A stretch of DNA of 64,000 nt, from assembly GCA_964507015.1 (NCBI GenBank), contig CAZDOM010000001.1, positions 9,227 through 73,226 of the forward strand, given 5' to 3'. The stretch comes from an uncultured Rikenellaceae bacterium. Lineage in GTDB: Bacteria > Bacteroidota > Bacteroidia > Bacteroidales > VadinHA17. How positions within the stretch are numbered: position 1 is the stretch's first letter; the number at the start of each line of letters is the position of its first letter. The notes below the pieces were generated by a model. The model made no database searches, had not been told where the DNA came from, and saw nothing but the letters and a program-made list of their open reading frames with translations. Made by a program: the position numbers and the translations under genes. Positions 1 through 9,862 of this stretch are shown here, one piece after another.

Positions 1-437
1 CTGCGTGATTTGAAGAATCCTTTAATGAGTTCGCTGCACTCTTTCTCCATAGCACCAGCCAAAACTTTTGTTTTTGGATGAAGCAATTTACCGCTTATTT
101 TCGTGAATCCCTTTTGTTCATCGGCAGCTCCATATACAAGTCCTGATGCCTGGCTCCAGCCAATAGCACCGGCACACATTGCACATGGTTCGAGAGTCAC
201 ATAAATTGTACATCCTGTCAGGTATTTTCCTCCCAGCCAGTTTGTTGCAGATGTTATTGCCTGCATCTCAGCATGTGCAGTCGGATCTTTTAGGGTCTCT
301 GTAAGATTATGTGCCCTGGCTATGATTATATCTTTACAAACAACTACAGCTCCTACCGGAATCTCCTGTTTATCAAGGGCTTTTCTGGCCTCTTCCAAAG
401 CAGCCCGCATGAATCTTTCATGTTTGGTTTCTTTCAT
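1..437 (-). CDS. tadA: tRNA adenosine(34) deaminase TadA; the 3' end runs off the window (partial)
   Basis: Absent from the ORF track because it is open at the window edge. My own minus-strand translation from the ATG (complement of 435-437) reads MKETKHERFMRAALEEARKALDKQEIPVGAVVVCKDIIIARAHNLTETLKDPTAHAEMQAI...IYVTLEPCAMCAGAIGWS. It carries the deaminase zinc motifs HAE and PCxxC. Confidence 0.85.
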   Translation of the reverse strand, partial: MKETKHERFMRAALEEARKALDKQEIPVGAVVVCKDIIIARAHNLTETLKDPTAHAEMQAITSATNWLGGKYLTGCTIYVTLEPCAMCAGAIGWSQASGLVYGAADEQKGFTKISGKLLHPKTKVLAGAMEKECSELIKGFFKSR

Positions 438-456
438 CACGGTGGGTTCAGAAGTC

Positions 457-464
457 CAAAATTA
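457..464 (-). promoter_or_regulatory. Bacteroidota-type -7 promoter box (TAATTTTG on the minus strand) for tadA
   Basis: The plus strand reads CAAAATTA, 20 nt upstream of the tadA ATG. It matches the TAnnTTTG consensus. Confidence 0.45.
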
Positions 465-503
465 AGAAGAAATTATTTCATATCATCGATCCTCAAATTT
501 TCT

Positions 504-511
504 TACTTTTG
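504..511 (+). promoter_or_regulatory. -7 promoter box TACTTTTG for aspS
   Basis: TAnnTTTG match lying 13 nt before ATG 525 and 19 nt before ATG 531. Confidence 0.45.
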
Positions 512-524
512 CTGAACTAAACAA

Positions 525-2291
525 ATGACGATGTACAGAACACACACTTGCGGAGAACTCACAATTAATAATACCGGGGATAAGGTGACCTTATGTGGTT
601 GGATTCAAAGGTCAAGGGACCTTGGTGGAATGACCTTTATAGACCTGCGCGACCGGTACGGAATAACCCAGCTGGTATTTAACATGGAGACAAATAAAGA
701 GTTATGCAGTCAGGCAAGAAAACTCGGTCGTGAGTTTATTATACAGGCAACCGGGAAGGTAAGGGAAAGAAGTAATAAAAACCTGAAAATCCCTACAGGA
801 GAAATTGAAATAGAGGTATCTGTTTTGAATATTATCAACCGGAGTGAACTTCCTCCTTTCACCATTGAAGAAGAAACAGATGGCGGTGAAGAGTTAAGAA
901 TGAAATACAGGTATCTTGACCTGAGGAGGGATTCCGTAAAAAACAATATTATACTACGTCATAATGTTGCCCGGGAAGTACGTAAATATCTGGATTCCAT
1001 GGGTTTTATTGAGATTGAAACGCCTGCGCTGATAAAGTCGACACCTGAAGGTGCACGCGACTTTGTGGTTCCAAGCAGGATGCAGCCAGGTACATTCTAT
1101 GCCCTTCCTCAGTCACCACAGACGCTTAAGCAACTGCTGATGGTGGCAGGATTTGACAAATATTTTCAGATTGTCAAATGCTTCCGTGATGAAGACCTGC
1201 GGGCGGACAGACAACCAGAATTTACACAGATAGATTGTGAAATGTCGTTTGTTGAAAGAGATGATATCCTTGATACTTTTGAGGGCCTGGCAAAATATCT
1301 TTTCTTGAAGATTAAGGATATAAATATCAGTGAACCTTTCCTGAAAATGCCATACAATGAGGCAATGGAATCGTATGGTACTGATAAACCTGATTTAAGG
1401 TTCGGGATGAAGATAAAGGAGGTGACAGATCTTGTTAAAGGGCATGGTTTCCAGGTTTTTGACAATGCAGAATATACAGGTGCAATATGTGCTAAGGGTT
1501 GTTCTGAATACAGCAGAAAACAACTTGATGAACTTACTGATTTCGTAAAGCGTCCACAGATTGGTGCAAAAGGTCTTATTTATGCCAAGTATGGAGAAGA
1601 TGGGATTATAAAATCTTCAGTTGATAAATTCTTCACGCAGGAGGATCTAAAAGGTTGGTCTGACACTCTTATGGCTCAGAAGGGAGCTCTTATTCTTGTT
1701 ATGGCAGGGGAGAGGCAGGAAACACTGACGGCACTTTCGGAACTCAGGCTGGAGATGGGTAACAGGCTTGGATTAAGGGATAAAGAGATATTTGCCCCAT
1801 TGTGGATAGTCGACTTTCCTCTCCTGGAATGGGATGAGGAAGAAAAACGTTTCTTTGCCAGGCACCACCCTTTTACTTCACCAAAACCCGAAGATATTCA
1901 TCTTATGGATAAAGATCCCGGCAAAGTAAAAGCCGATGCCTACGACCTTGTGATCAACGGTGTGGAAATAGGAGGCGGCTCGGTGAGGATACATGATGAG
2001 CCGGTACAGAAACTTATGTTTAAGGTACTTGGATTTTCCGAAGGAGAGGCAAACGAACAATTTGGTTTTCTGCTTAATGCATTCAAATATGGCGCTCCGC
2101 CTCATGGGGGAATTGCTTTCGGATTCGACAGATGGGTAGCCATGTTCGGAGGTCAGGATTCTATTCGTGATTTTATCGCATTCCCGAAAAACAATTCCGG
2201 GCGTGATGTCATGCTGGATACACCTTCCCATATTTCACAGAAGCAGATGAACGAATTACAGATAAAGTATATTCCAAAAAATAAAAGCTGA
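525..2291 (+). CDS. aspS: aspartate--tRNA ligase
   Basis: 588-aa ORF. N-terminus [11 protein letters not shown], class II core [19 protein letters not shown]-terminal GGGSVRIH and [12 protein letters not shown]. AspRS normally begins MxRTHxCG, so ATG 531 is a plausible alternative start. Confidence 0.95.
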   Translation: MTMYRTHTCGELTINNTGDKVTLCGWIQRSRDLGGMTFIDLRDRYGITQLVFNMETNKELCSQARKLGREFIIQATGKVRERSNKNLKIPTGEIEIEVSVLNIINRSELPPFTIEEETDGGEELRMKYRYLDLRRDSVKNNIILRHNVAREVRKYLDSMGFIEIETPALIKSTPEGARDFVVPSRMQPGTFYALPQSPQTLKQLLMVAGFDKYFQIVKCFRDEDLRADRQPEFTQIDCEMSFVERDDILDTFEGLAKYLFLKIKDINISEPFLKMPYNEAMESYGTDKPDLRFGMKIKEVTDLVKGHGFQVFDNAEYTGAICAKGCSEYSRKQLDELTDFVKRPQIGAKGLIYAKYGEDGIIKSSVDKFFTQEDLKGWSDTLMAQKGALILVMAGERQETLTALSELRLEMGNRLGLRDKEIFAPLWIVDFPLLEWDEEEKRFFARHHPFTSPKPEDIHLMDKDPGKVKADAYDLVINGVEIGGGSVRIHDEPVQKLMFKVLGFSEGEANEQFGFLLNAFKYGAPPHGGIAFGFDRWVAMFGGQDSIRDFIAFPKNNSGRDVMLDTPSHISQKQMNELQIKYIPKNKS

Positions 2292-2294
2292 GGT

Positions 2295-3020
2295 TTATCT
2301 GTCTCCGGCTTTAACTGTATTAATCAGAATAACTCCGTTTGCACCTCTTACTCCATAGATTGATGCTGAAGCATCTTTCAGAATCTGAATCGATTTTACC
2401 ATACTGGGATGTATATTATCAATCGACTCAGTAATATTTCCGTCAACAACAAACAGGGGATCCGAATTGGCATTGATTGTTGATATTCCCCTTATAATAA
2501 TTTTATTTCCAATTACCTGTAATCCGGGCACCGCCCCGCGCAGTAAATCATAAATATTTGTATATGAAGAATAATTTGTTTTTGTAGCATCTATTTTATT
2601 GACAGGTAAAGTAAGATCATCCTTTTTGGTAACGCCATAACCGATATCCACAACTTCATCAGCCTCTCTTTTATTCTGTACTTCATTCTGAAGAGGAGAT
2701 GCTTCTTCAAGAATAAAATTAATTGTTGTACGACCTTCTATCGGTGCTTCTGCAGAAGCTCCATACATGGTAAATATTGTAATGGTCTCTGCTGTGAGTT
2801 TTACTTTTATTTTATAGAAGCCTTTGTCATCTGTTACTCTGTCGGTATTTTTACTGTCAAGAAAGATCATAGCCCTTGGAACCGGATTCTCACCAGAATC
2901 CTTAACATATCCGGAAACAGTGTACTTCTTATTTGATTTCTGAGCATCCGTGTTGTGAATAACAAATAACGACAGGGAAAGCAGAAGCATTAATTTAAGT
3001 TTCATAGTGAAATAATTCAA
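2295..3020 (-). CDS. secreted carboxypeptidase-regulatory-like plus TonB-receptor plug-like protein with no beta-barrel
   Basis: 241 aa. Signal peptide MKLKLMLLLSLSLFVIHNTDAQ. YTVSGYVKDSGENPVPRAMIFLD resembles a CarboxypepD_reg fold. The C-terminus VKSIQILKDASASIYGVRGANGVILINT resembles the N-terminal part of a SusC/TonB-receptor plug. The stop lies 3 nt from the aspS stop. Confidence 0.6.
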   Translation of the reverse strand: MNYFTMKLKLMLLLSLSLFVIHNTDAQKSNKKYTVSGYVKDSGENPVPRAMIFLDSKNTDRVTDDKGFYKIKVKLTAETITIFTMYGASAEAPIEGRTTINFILEEASPLQNEVQNKREADEVVDIGYGVTKKDDLTLPVNKIDATKTNYSSYTNIYDLLRGAVPGLQVIGNKIIIRGISTINANSDPLFVVDGNITESIDNIHPSMVKSIQILKDASASIYGVRGANGVILINTVKAGDR

Positions 3021-3076
3021 ATTGATTTTAGATAGTTATTAATTATATGATAACCAAATATATGACATTTTTGATG

Positions 3077-4402
3077 TTAATGTTCTATTTCACCGATTAA
3101 GGTTGCAGAGGTACATCTGTTAATCCTTACCTTAACATATTCTCCCTTTTTCCTGTTCTCCTTCGGAAAAACAACAACCTTGTTTTGTGAGATACGACCC
3201 GAAAAATGATCCGGTGATCTCTTAGAGACACCCTCAATAAGTAATTCAAATACCTTCCCAACATCTTCTCTTTTTGATTTTGCTGAGAGCCTGTTCTGAA
3301 CGATTATTACTTCATTCAGCCTTTCCGTTTTAATACTGTCTGGTACATCATCTTTTAATTTACGGGCAGCTTTTGTGCCGGGTCGCTCACTGTATTTAAA
3401 CATATATGCAAAGTCGAAACCAGCCCACTCCAATAATGACAGTGAAGCTTTATGATCTTCATCGGTTTCAGTGCAAAAGCCTGATATCATATCGGTTGAT
3501 ATTGAACAATTAGGTAAGATACTCCGGATTGACCTGATACGGTCCATATACCACTCTCTGGTATACTCCCTGTTCATTAGTTTAAGGATCCGTGTACTGC
3601 CGCTTTGGGCAGGTAAATGAATATGTTTGCAGATATTGTCGTGTTTTGCCATTATTCTTAAGAGATCATCTGAGAGATCCTTGGGATGTGATGTGGAAAA
3701 TCTTATCCTGAGCAATGGATCAATACCGGCTACTTTGTCTATAAGCTGCGGAAAATCGATTATCTCATTATCATTTTTCCAACTGTAGGAATCTACATTC
3801 TGCCCCAGGAGGGTAACCTCCCTGTATCCTGACTGAAACAATTGTTTCACCTCTTTTATTATTGATCCGGGATCCCGGCTTCTTTCTGCTCCCCTGACAT
3901 ATGGTACCACACAATATGCACACATGTTATTGCATCCTCTCATGATAGAGACAAATGATGTAACTCCGTTTTTATCCATTCTCACCGGGGAGATGTCTGC
4001 ATATGTCTCTTCACGGGAAAGGAGTACATTTACGGCTTTATGCCCCGATTCAGCATCGGCAACAAGCAATGGAAGGGCACGGTAAGCATCCGGTCCTACA
4101 ACAATATCGACAAGCTGTTCCGTTTCTATCACTTTTTCCCTGAGCCGTTCTGCCATGCAACCAGCCATTCCGACAACCAGTCCCTTATTCTTTTTCTTAA
4201 GATGCTTTATTGCCTTGAGACGGTTCCAGATACGTTGTTCTGCATTATCACGAATTGAACAGGTATTGAGTAAGATAAGAGAAGCTTCATTTATATTATC
4301 AGTAAGTTTAAAGTCCTGCTCATTTAGTATTGATGCAATGACCTCACTATCAGCAACATTCATCTGACAACCGTATGTTTCAATATATAATTTCTTTATC
4401 AA
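3077..4402 (-). CDS. miaB: tRNA-2-methylthio-N6-dimethylallyladenosine synthase
   Basis: 441 aa. N-terminal cysteine triad (YGCQMN, NTCSIR, AGCMAE), radical-SAM motif CNNMCAYCVVP, TRAM-like C-terminus. The start is TTG (complement of 4400-4402), which gives the canonical MIKKLYIETYGCQMN. Confidence 0.93.
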   Translation of the reverse strand: MIKKLYIETYGCQMNVADSEVIASILNEQDFKLTDNINEASLILLNTCSIRDNAEQRIWNRLKAIKHLKKKNKGLVVGMAGCMAERLREKVIETEQLVDIVVGPDAYRALPLLVADAESGHKAVNVLLSREETYADISPVRMDKNGVTSFVSIMRGCNNMCAYCVVPYVRGAERSRDPGSIIKEVKQLFQSGYREVTLLGQNVDSYSWKNDNEIIDFPQLIDKVAGIDPLLRIRFSTSHPKDLSDDLLRIMAKHDNICKHIHLPAQSGSTRILKLMNREYTREWYMDRIRSIRSILPNCSISTDMISGFCTETDEDHKASLSLLEWAGFDFAYMFKYSERPGTKAARKLKDDVPDSIKTERLNEVIIVQNRLSAKSKREDVGKVFELLIEGVSKRSPDHFSGRISQNKVVVFPKENRKKGEYVKVRINRCTSATLIGEIEH

Positions 4403-4555
4403 AAATTGAAGGTGTATGTTATAAAAGTACAGTATTTGGGTGAAAGGTTACAGGCAACAGGATTATTATTGCTGGATTTCCCAGTGTCCGACTCCCGAAT
4501 CCTTTTAATCGCATCACAAAAGTATAAACTATACCCGATGTATTAAAGAAATATT

Positions 4556-4563
4556 TAATTTTG
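4556..4563 (+). promoter_or_regulatory. -7 promoter box TAATTTTG for the yebC-family operon
   Basis: Exact TAnnTTTG match 25 nt upstream of ATG 4588, inside the 185-bp divergent spacer. Confidence 0.5.
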
Positions 4564-4587
4564 CATCGTATCAAATAATAAAGTCAT

Positions 4588-5331
4588 ATGTCGGGTCACA
4601 GTAAATGGTCAACAATCAAGAGGAAAAAAGGAGCTGCTGATGCCAAAAGAGGAAAGGTCTTCACAAAGATCATAAAGGAATTAATGATTGCTGCGAAAGA
4701 GGGTGGGGGTGATCCTGAATCAAATGCCAGACTGAGACTTGCAATACAAAATGCCAAAGGAGCTAACATGCCTAAGGATAACATTGAGAGGGCGATAAAA
4801 AAAGCTACCGGCTCCGATGCAGAAAGTTTTATAGAGACAACATTTGAGGGTTATGGCCCTTTTGGTATCGCTGTATTTGCAGAGTGCCTGACAGATAACA
4901 ATAACCGGACTGTTGCTGCTATCAGATCAACATTCAATAAGCATGGAGGGAATCTTGGTACAAACGGATCCCTCAGTTTTCTTTTTGAGCCCAAGGGAGT
5001 ATTTACTATCGGAAAAGAGGGCCTTAACCTGGATGAAATCCAACTTGAAATGATCGATGCAGGGGCAGAGGATTTTGAGATAGATGAAGATACTTTTGTT
5101 GTTACCTGTGCCAAGGAAGACTTCGGGAGTGTCTCAAGAAAACTTGCTGAAATGGATATAGAACCTGAAGAATCAGGACTAAAAAGGATCCCAAACGACA
5201 CAAAAAAACTCGATATTGAATCAGCCAAGAAAGTGGTCAGGTTTATAGAAGCGCTTGAAGATGACGACGATATTCAAAATGTATATCATAATCTTGAAAT
5301 TACTGACGAACTGGCTGAAGCTCTTGAATAA
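4588..5331 (+). CDS. yebC: YebC/PmpR-family transcriptional regulator
   Basis: 247 aa with the hallmark N-terminus MSGHSKWSTIKRKKGAADAKRGKVFTKIIKE and an acidic C-terminus. Confidence 0.92.
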   Translation: MSGHSKWSTIKRKKGAADAKRGKVFTKIIKELMIAAKEGGGDPESNARLRLAIQNAKGANMPKDNIERAIKKATGSDAESFIETTFEGYGPFGIAVFAECLTDNNNRTVAAIRSTFNKHGGNLGTNGSLSFLFEPKGVFTIGKEGLNLDEIQLEMIDAGAEDFEIDEDTFVVTCAKEDFGSVSRKLAEMDIEPEESGLKRIPNDTKKLDIESAKKVVRFIEALEDDDDIQNVYHNLEITDELAEALE

Positions 5332-5343
5332 ATTGATAATTTC

Positions 5344-6435
5344 ATGAGACGATCTTTTATTTTTACGGCCTTTTTACTGCTTTTATTTTCCTGTAAAAAA
5401 GAAAAAAATGATTTTATATGGGAAAAATCATTCGGTTCAGGGCATTCATATTTTATTGAATCTTCTGCTGACTCAGGATTAATAAGTTGCGGTATAGTTG
5501 ACAACAATCCTTTCCTGCTTAAACTTGATAAAAACAAAAATAGCCTGGTTGAGTATCAGTCGGACAGGGAGGGCCTTTTCAGTTCAGCCTGGGCAGATAC
5601 ATCATGTTATGTTGCAGCAGGAAGCAGTGAAGGTAAAATGTTGCTATCAGGTATTGATAGAGAGGGTAACATGTTGTGGGATACCCTGATAACAGCCTCT
5701 TTTGATATAAATATCACGCTTTTATCATACTACGGAAACGGCGATTTTCTGGCTGTGGGAACATCCTTTCCTGATTCAACGGATACATACAATACCGGAA
5801 TTTTTTTCGTAAAATTCGATACTACCGGCACTATTACTGAAACAAAAGAGGTTCCGGAAGGTGCTATTTTTTCGGTAAACAAAATATCAGTTGATGCTTC
5901 AGGTAATATTTTTATGCCGGTAAAAAGAAAATTAGCCAACAAAAAAACAGAGGCCAGTTGTATAAAATATAGTCCCGACCTAAATAAAATCTGGGAAACC
6001 GTACTATTCAATAATCCTGATTTTGGTGCTGAAAGCCTTGATATTATAGCCGGAGAAGATGGTAATATATACGTTTCAGGCGATACTGAATTATCAATAG
6101 AAGATGGATTATTGTTGAACTCATTCCTGGCATCTGTTACATCTTCAGGATCAATTAACTGGAAGAAATATTTCGAGAAATCAAATAGGGGCAATGCACT
6201 GATCTTTGATGCAAACGGACTTATTTTAATGCTTAACAGTAACTGTTTTATTGTAAACGTGATCAGTCCGGAAGATGGTTCAGAAACAGACAGGTTAAGA
6301 ATTTTTGATATATGTGACCCATATAATACTGATGCCATTGGCGCAGATTTTGATCTGAACTATGAAGGTAATCTTATTATTGCCGGCTCTCTTGGAGGTA
6401 ACTTTTATCTTGCACAGAAATCGTTATTACAGTAA
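5344..6435 (+). CDS. hypothetical lipoprotein, possibly beta-propeller-like
   Basis: 363 aa. Lipoprotein signal MRRSFIFTAFLLLLFSCKK. Recurrent short strand motifs (GNIYVSGD, GNLIIAGS, GNIFMP). I recognise no family. Confidence 0.5.
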   Translation: MRRSFIFTAFLLLLFSCKKEKNDFIWEKSFGSGHSYFIESSADSGLISCGIVDNNPFLLKLDKNKNSLVEYQSDREGLFSSAWADTSCYVAAGSSEGKMLLSGIDREGNMLWDTLITASFDINITLLSYYGNGDFLAVGTSFPDSTDTYNTGIFFVKFDTTGTITETKEVPEGAIFSVNKISVDASGNIFMPVKRKLANKKTEASCIKYSPDLNKIWETVLFNNPDFGAESLDIIAGEDGNIYVSGDTELSIEDGLLLNSFLASVTSSGSINWKKYFEKSNRGNALIFDANGLILMLNSNCFIVNVISPEDGSETDRLRIFDICDPYNTDAIGADFDLNYEGNLIIAGSLGGNFYLAQKSLLQ

Positions 6436-6450
6436 ATCGATAACATTAAT

Positions 6451-6930
6451 ATGATCAGAAAAATAGTCTTACTTGCCATAATAATTCTTCTGCAGGACGG
6501 ATTATGTAAATCACAGACTATTGTTAAAACAACAGATCTTTTCTCCCGATCTGATGCCGGGAGAGGAGAGCTAAATATTTATCAGGATATGGCTCTTGAT
6601 ACTCTTGTTAGTCGATATATCATTGCCTCAAAACATAAATTAACACCCGAGGGATCACAGGGGATGGGGGGGTTCCGTATACAGATCTATTACAGTTCTG
6701 TTAGGAATGCCAGGGAGGAATCTGCCCGCGTAAGAGCAGAATTTATTAATAATTTCCCCGATTTAGTATCATATGCACAATACAGGGAACCGGGTTACTT
6801 CATGGTCAGGGCTGGTGACTACCGATCCAAAACAGAAGGATTCAAAGATCTTATGAGGGTTAGAAAGGAATTCCCGGATGCCTATTTTGTTCCGACAATA
6901 ATTAACTTCCCCGACAAGGGAACAAACTAA
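6451..6930 (+). CDS. SPOR-domain (septal peptidoglycan-binding) protein
   Basis: 159 aa with a signal peptide. The C-terminal half GFRIQIYYSS...EPGYFMVRAGDYRSKTEGFKDLMRVRKEFPDAYFV resembles a SPOR repeat. Confidence 0.65.
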   Translation: MIRKIVLLAIIILLQDGLCKSQTIVKTTDLFSRSDAGRGELNIYQDMALDTLVSRYIIASKHKLTPEGSQGMGGFRIQIYYSSVRNAREESARVRAEFINNFPDLVSYAQYREPGYFMVRAGDYRSKTEGFKDLMRVRKEFPDAYFVPTIINFPDKGTN

Positions 6931-6932
6931 TT

Positions 6933-8825
6933 ATGAGCGAATTAATTAAACATGAATGCGGTATAGCAATATTAAGACTGCTCAAACCGCCTGAATATTT
7001 TATTGAGAAATACGGATCATGGGACTACGGTCTCCAGAAGATGTACCTGATGATGGAAAAACAACATAACAGGGGGCAGGATGGTGCAGGTATCGCAGGG
7101 ATAAAATTAAATGTCAGGCCGGGGAAACCTTATATCTTCAGGCAGAGATCAAACGGGAATGAAGCAATAAAAGAGATATTTGATCATATTTATGATGACA
7201 TTGGCAAAATAAATAAAGAAAACATATCAGATGTCGGATTTATTAAAGAGAATATCCCTTTTGCCTGCGATATATATATGGGACATCTCAGGTATGGTAC
7301 CTATGGAAGTTATAATATTGATTCAGTACACCCCGTAAGCCGTGAAAATAACTGGAAATCAAGAAACCTGGTCATGGCGGGTAATTTTAATCTTACAAAT
7401 GTAAATGAGATATTTTCAAACCTGATCGACCTTGGCCAGAATCCCATTGATTTTTCCGATACTGTGACTATACTCGAAAATATAGGTCACAGACTCGATG
7501 AGGAAAATGAACGACTTTTCAGGCAGTTCAAAGAACAGGGATTTTCAAAGAAGGATATTTCACCACTCATTGAACAGAACCTTGACCTTGTAACTATTCT
7601 TTCAAAAGCCAGCCGTAACTGGGATGGAGGTTATGTCATGACCGGAATGGTGGGCCATGGCGATGCCTTTGTGATCAGAGACCCCTCGGGCATACGGCCT
7701 GCGTTTTATTATATTGATGATGAGGTGGTTGTTGTTGCATCAGAAAGACCGGTGATTCAAACGATTTTCAGTGTCAGAACAAATGAGGTCTCTGAACTTC
7801 CTTCCGGAAATGCTATAATCATAAAAGCTTCCGGTGAGACTTCTGTTGTACAAATAAGAGAGGAAGCTAAACAACGCAAATGTTCATTTGAAAGGATATA
7901 TTTCTCAAGAGGGACCGATAAGGATATCTACCGGGAAAGAAAAAAACTGGGTGAACTACTGACCGAACCGGTACTGAAAGCAGTTGATTATGACCTTGAT
8001 AACACAGTATTTTCCTATATACCAAATACTGCTGAAAGTGCATTTTTCGGACTTATAAAAGGGGTGGAAAATTACCTGAACCATTCCAAGGTCGACATTA
8101 TAATGCAGAAAAAAGAAACAGTGACCAGGGAAGAGCTTGAAAAAATTATCGGCAAAAGACCAAGGGTGGAAAAAATAGCGGTCAAGGATGCGAAACTGAG
8201 AACCTTCATTGCTGTTGACAATGGGAGGGATGATCTTGTAGGACATGTATATGATGTGACATATGGGGTTGTAAAACGAGGTATTGATAATCTTGTGGTT
8301 ATTGATGATTCTATAGTAAGGGGTACAACTCTTAAGAAGAGTATTATAAGGATTCTTAACAGGCTAGAGCCGAAAAAGATAGTAGTTGTTTCCTCTTCTC
8401 CCCAAATAAGATACCCTGACTGCTATGGAATAGATATGGCAAAGCTGGGGGATCTTATAGCTTTCAGAGCTGCAATAGAATTACTTAATGAGAGGGGGGA
8501 TACAGCACTTATTAATAAAACCTATGATGCTGCAAAAGCAGAACAGCAAAAACCTGTGGAAAAAATACAAAACCTTGTCAGGGAATTATATAAGCCATTT
8601 ACTGCAGAAGAGATATCAGAAAAAATATCCTCTATGCTGAAAACTTCTGACATTAATGCCAAAGTTGAGTTAGTATTTCAATCTATTGAGGGACTTCATG
8701 AAGCATGCCCGAATCATATTGGCGACTGGTATTTTACGGGTGACTATCCCACACATGGCGGAAACAGGGTAGCCAACCAGTCATTTATTAACTATATAGA
8801 GGGCAGAAATGTAAGGTCCTACTGA
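6933..8825 (+). CDS. purF: amidophosphoribosyltransferase (long Bacteroidota form)
   Basis: 630 aa. Ntn-amidotransferase N-terminus MSELIKHECGIAIL. PRPP-binding loop LVVIDDSIVRGTTLKK. Confidence 0.85.
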   Translation: MSELIKHECGIAILRLLKPPEYFIEKYGSWDYGLQKMYLMMEKQHNRGQDGAGIAGIKLNVRPGKPYIFRQRSNGNEAIKEIFDHIYDDIGKINKENISDVGFIKENIPFACDIYMGHLRYGTYGSYNIDSVHPVSRENNWKSRNLVMAGNFNLTNVNEIFSNLIDLGQNPIDFSDTVTILENIGHRLDEENERLFRQFKEQGFSKKDISPLIEQNLDLVTILSKASRNWDGGYVMTGMVGHGDAFVIRDPSGIRPAFYYIDDEVVVVASERPVIQTIFSVRTNEVSELPSGNAIIIKASGETSVVQIREEAKQRKCSFERIYFSRGTDKDIYRERKKLGELLTEPVLKAVDYDLDNTVFSYIPNTAESAFFGLIKGVENYLNHSKVDIIMQKKETVTREELEKIIGKRPRVEKIAVKDAKLRTFIAVDNGRDDLVGHVYDVTYGVVKRGIDNLVVIDDSIVRGTTLKKSIIRILNRLEPKKIVVVSSSPQIRYPDCYGIDMAKLGDLIAFRAAIELLNERGDTALINKTYDAAKAEQQKPVEKIQNLVRELYKPFTAEEISEKISSMLKTSDINAKVELVFQSIEGLHEACPNHIGDWYFTGDYPTHGGNRVANQSFINYIEGRNVRSY

Positions 8826-9781
8826 TCTTCATGTGAGAACCACCTTATCATGAAATCATGCTTATACGATGCGAGATGTCTGTTGATCTTCTCAACATAG
8901 ATATCCCTTAATGTAATCATAATTCCTGTTTCCTCAACATTTCCGAAGTGATGATTAATAAATGTCCCGAATGTACGCATTGTCGGTGACAGATTCATAT
9001 AGGCATTTATCAGAGGCGGGATAGTCTCTCCAAGTTTCCTTACCTCTGAGGAGAGTATCTTATAATCTTCCTTATACCTTTTGTTACTGAATAAGCTTTC
9101 CATTTCTTCCTCGTGAAGATCTCTCATTGCCGGTTCTATAGGTGTAACCAGATTTTCAGGATCCCCAAAATGTTTTTTAAGAAAATAGAGGATCATGTTT
9201 CTTGCATTCTGGTTAAAATGAGAATACATTGTAACTTTTCCGAAAAGATATTTAAGGTGGTGATTATCAAGTATTAAAGCGCCCAGGCCATCCCAGAGAT
9301 TATCGAGAGCAAACAGACTTTTTCTTCCCCTGGTGCGCGATTGATAATCGGGATGTACAAAGGAGCGTCCCAGCTCCATCATGTGGGGATAATATTTTGA
9401 CAGGAATTTCTTGGAAAAATTAAAATATAATGATGAAGCAAGTTTTGTTATGTCGCATACAATACATCCATGGGAAGGGAAATAAAAACGATATCCCCCT
9501 ACAATCTCCCTGTTATCGGGGTCCCAGACAATCAATTGTTTCTGAGGATCAACCTCCGTAGTGTCAAAATCGTCAATATCTATCGGTTTGCCTGTTCCAC
9601 CGCCGGCATGACGGAATGTTATCTCCCGTACACGGCCAACCTCATGCATGAGAGCAGGTGAATCATTATTGTCGAAAATATAAACCTCATTGTTGGCATT
9701 ATTGGTTTTCCGGAGAAATCTGTCTTTTGTGAGTTCTGCAATTATCTGATCTATAGGCAATTGATCAACAACAGGTTCCAT
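8819..9781 (-). CDS. OlsB/GlsB-like N-acyltransferase (GNAT / hemolysin-like) for N-acyl amino-acid lipid synthesis
   Basis: 320 aa. Size and the conserved stretch ITFRHAGGGTGKPIDIDDFD...LIVWDPDNREIVGGYRF fit the Bacteroidota N-acyltransferase that sits beside a lysolipid O-acyltransferase. Confidence 0.6.
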   Translation of the reverse strand: MEPVVDQLPIDQIIAELTKDRFLRKTNNANNEVYIFDNNDSPALMHEVGRVREITFRHAGGGTGKPIDIDDFDTTEVDPQKQLIVWDPDNREIVGGYRFYFPSHGCIVCDITKLASSLYFNFSKKFLSKYYPHMMELGRSFVHPDYQSRTRGRKSLFALDNLWDGLGALILDNHHLKYLFGKVTMYSHFNQNARNMILYFLKKHFGDPENLVTPIEPAMRDLHEEEMESLFSNKRYKEDYKILSSEVRKLGETIPPLINAYMNLSPTMRTFGTFINHHFGNVEETGIMITLRDIYVEKINRHLASYKHDFMIRWFSHEDQ

Positions 9782-9862
9782 GTCTGGGTTTATAAAGAAT
9801 AATTTTCGAATATTTTATCCGGAAATTCGCATGCAATTTAGTATTTTTTTAATAATGTGTTG

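Noticed and set aside
309-515. 68-aa plus-strand ORF at the left end
   Set aside because: It is antisense to the clearly real tadA coding sequence (HAE/PCxxC motifs) and spans the tadA-aspS promoter spacer.
5730-6338. 202-aa minus-strand ORF inside the 363-aa lipoprotein gene
   Set aside because: It is an antisense shadow frame. The plus-strand ORF has a proper lipoprotein signal and fits the operon spacing. Other long antisense ORFs were rejected for the same reason: 23548-24186 in ftsA, 34673-35125 in valS, 38688-39134 in glnA, 41969-42358 in rlmH and 48517-48876 in the cargo gene.
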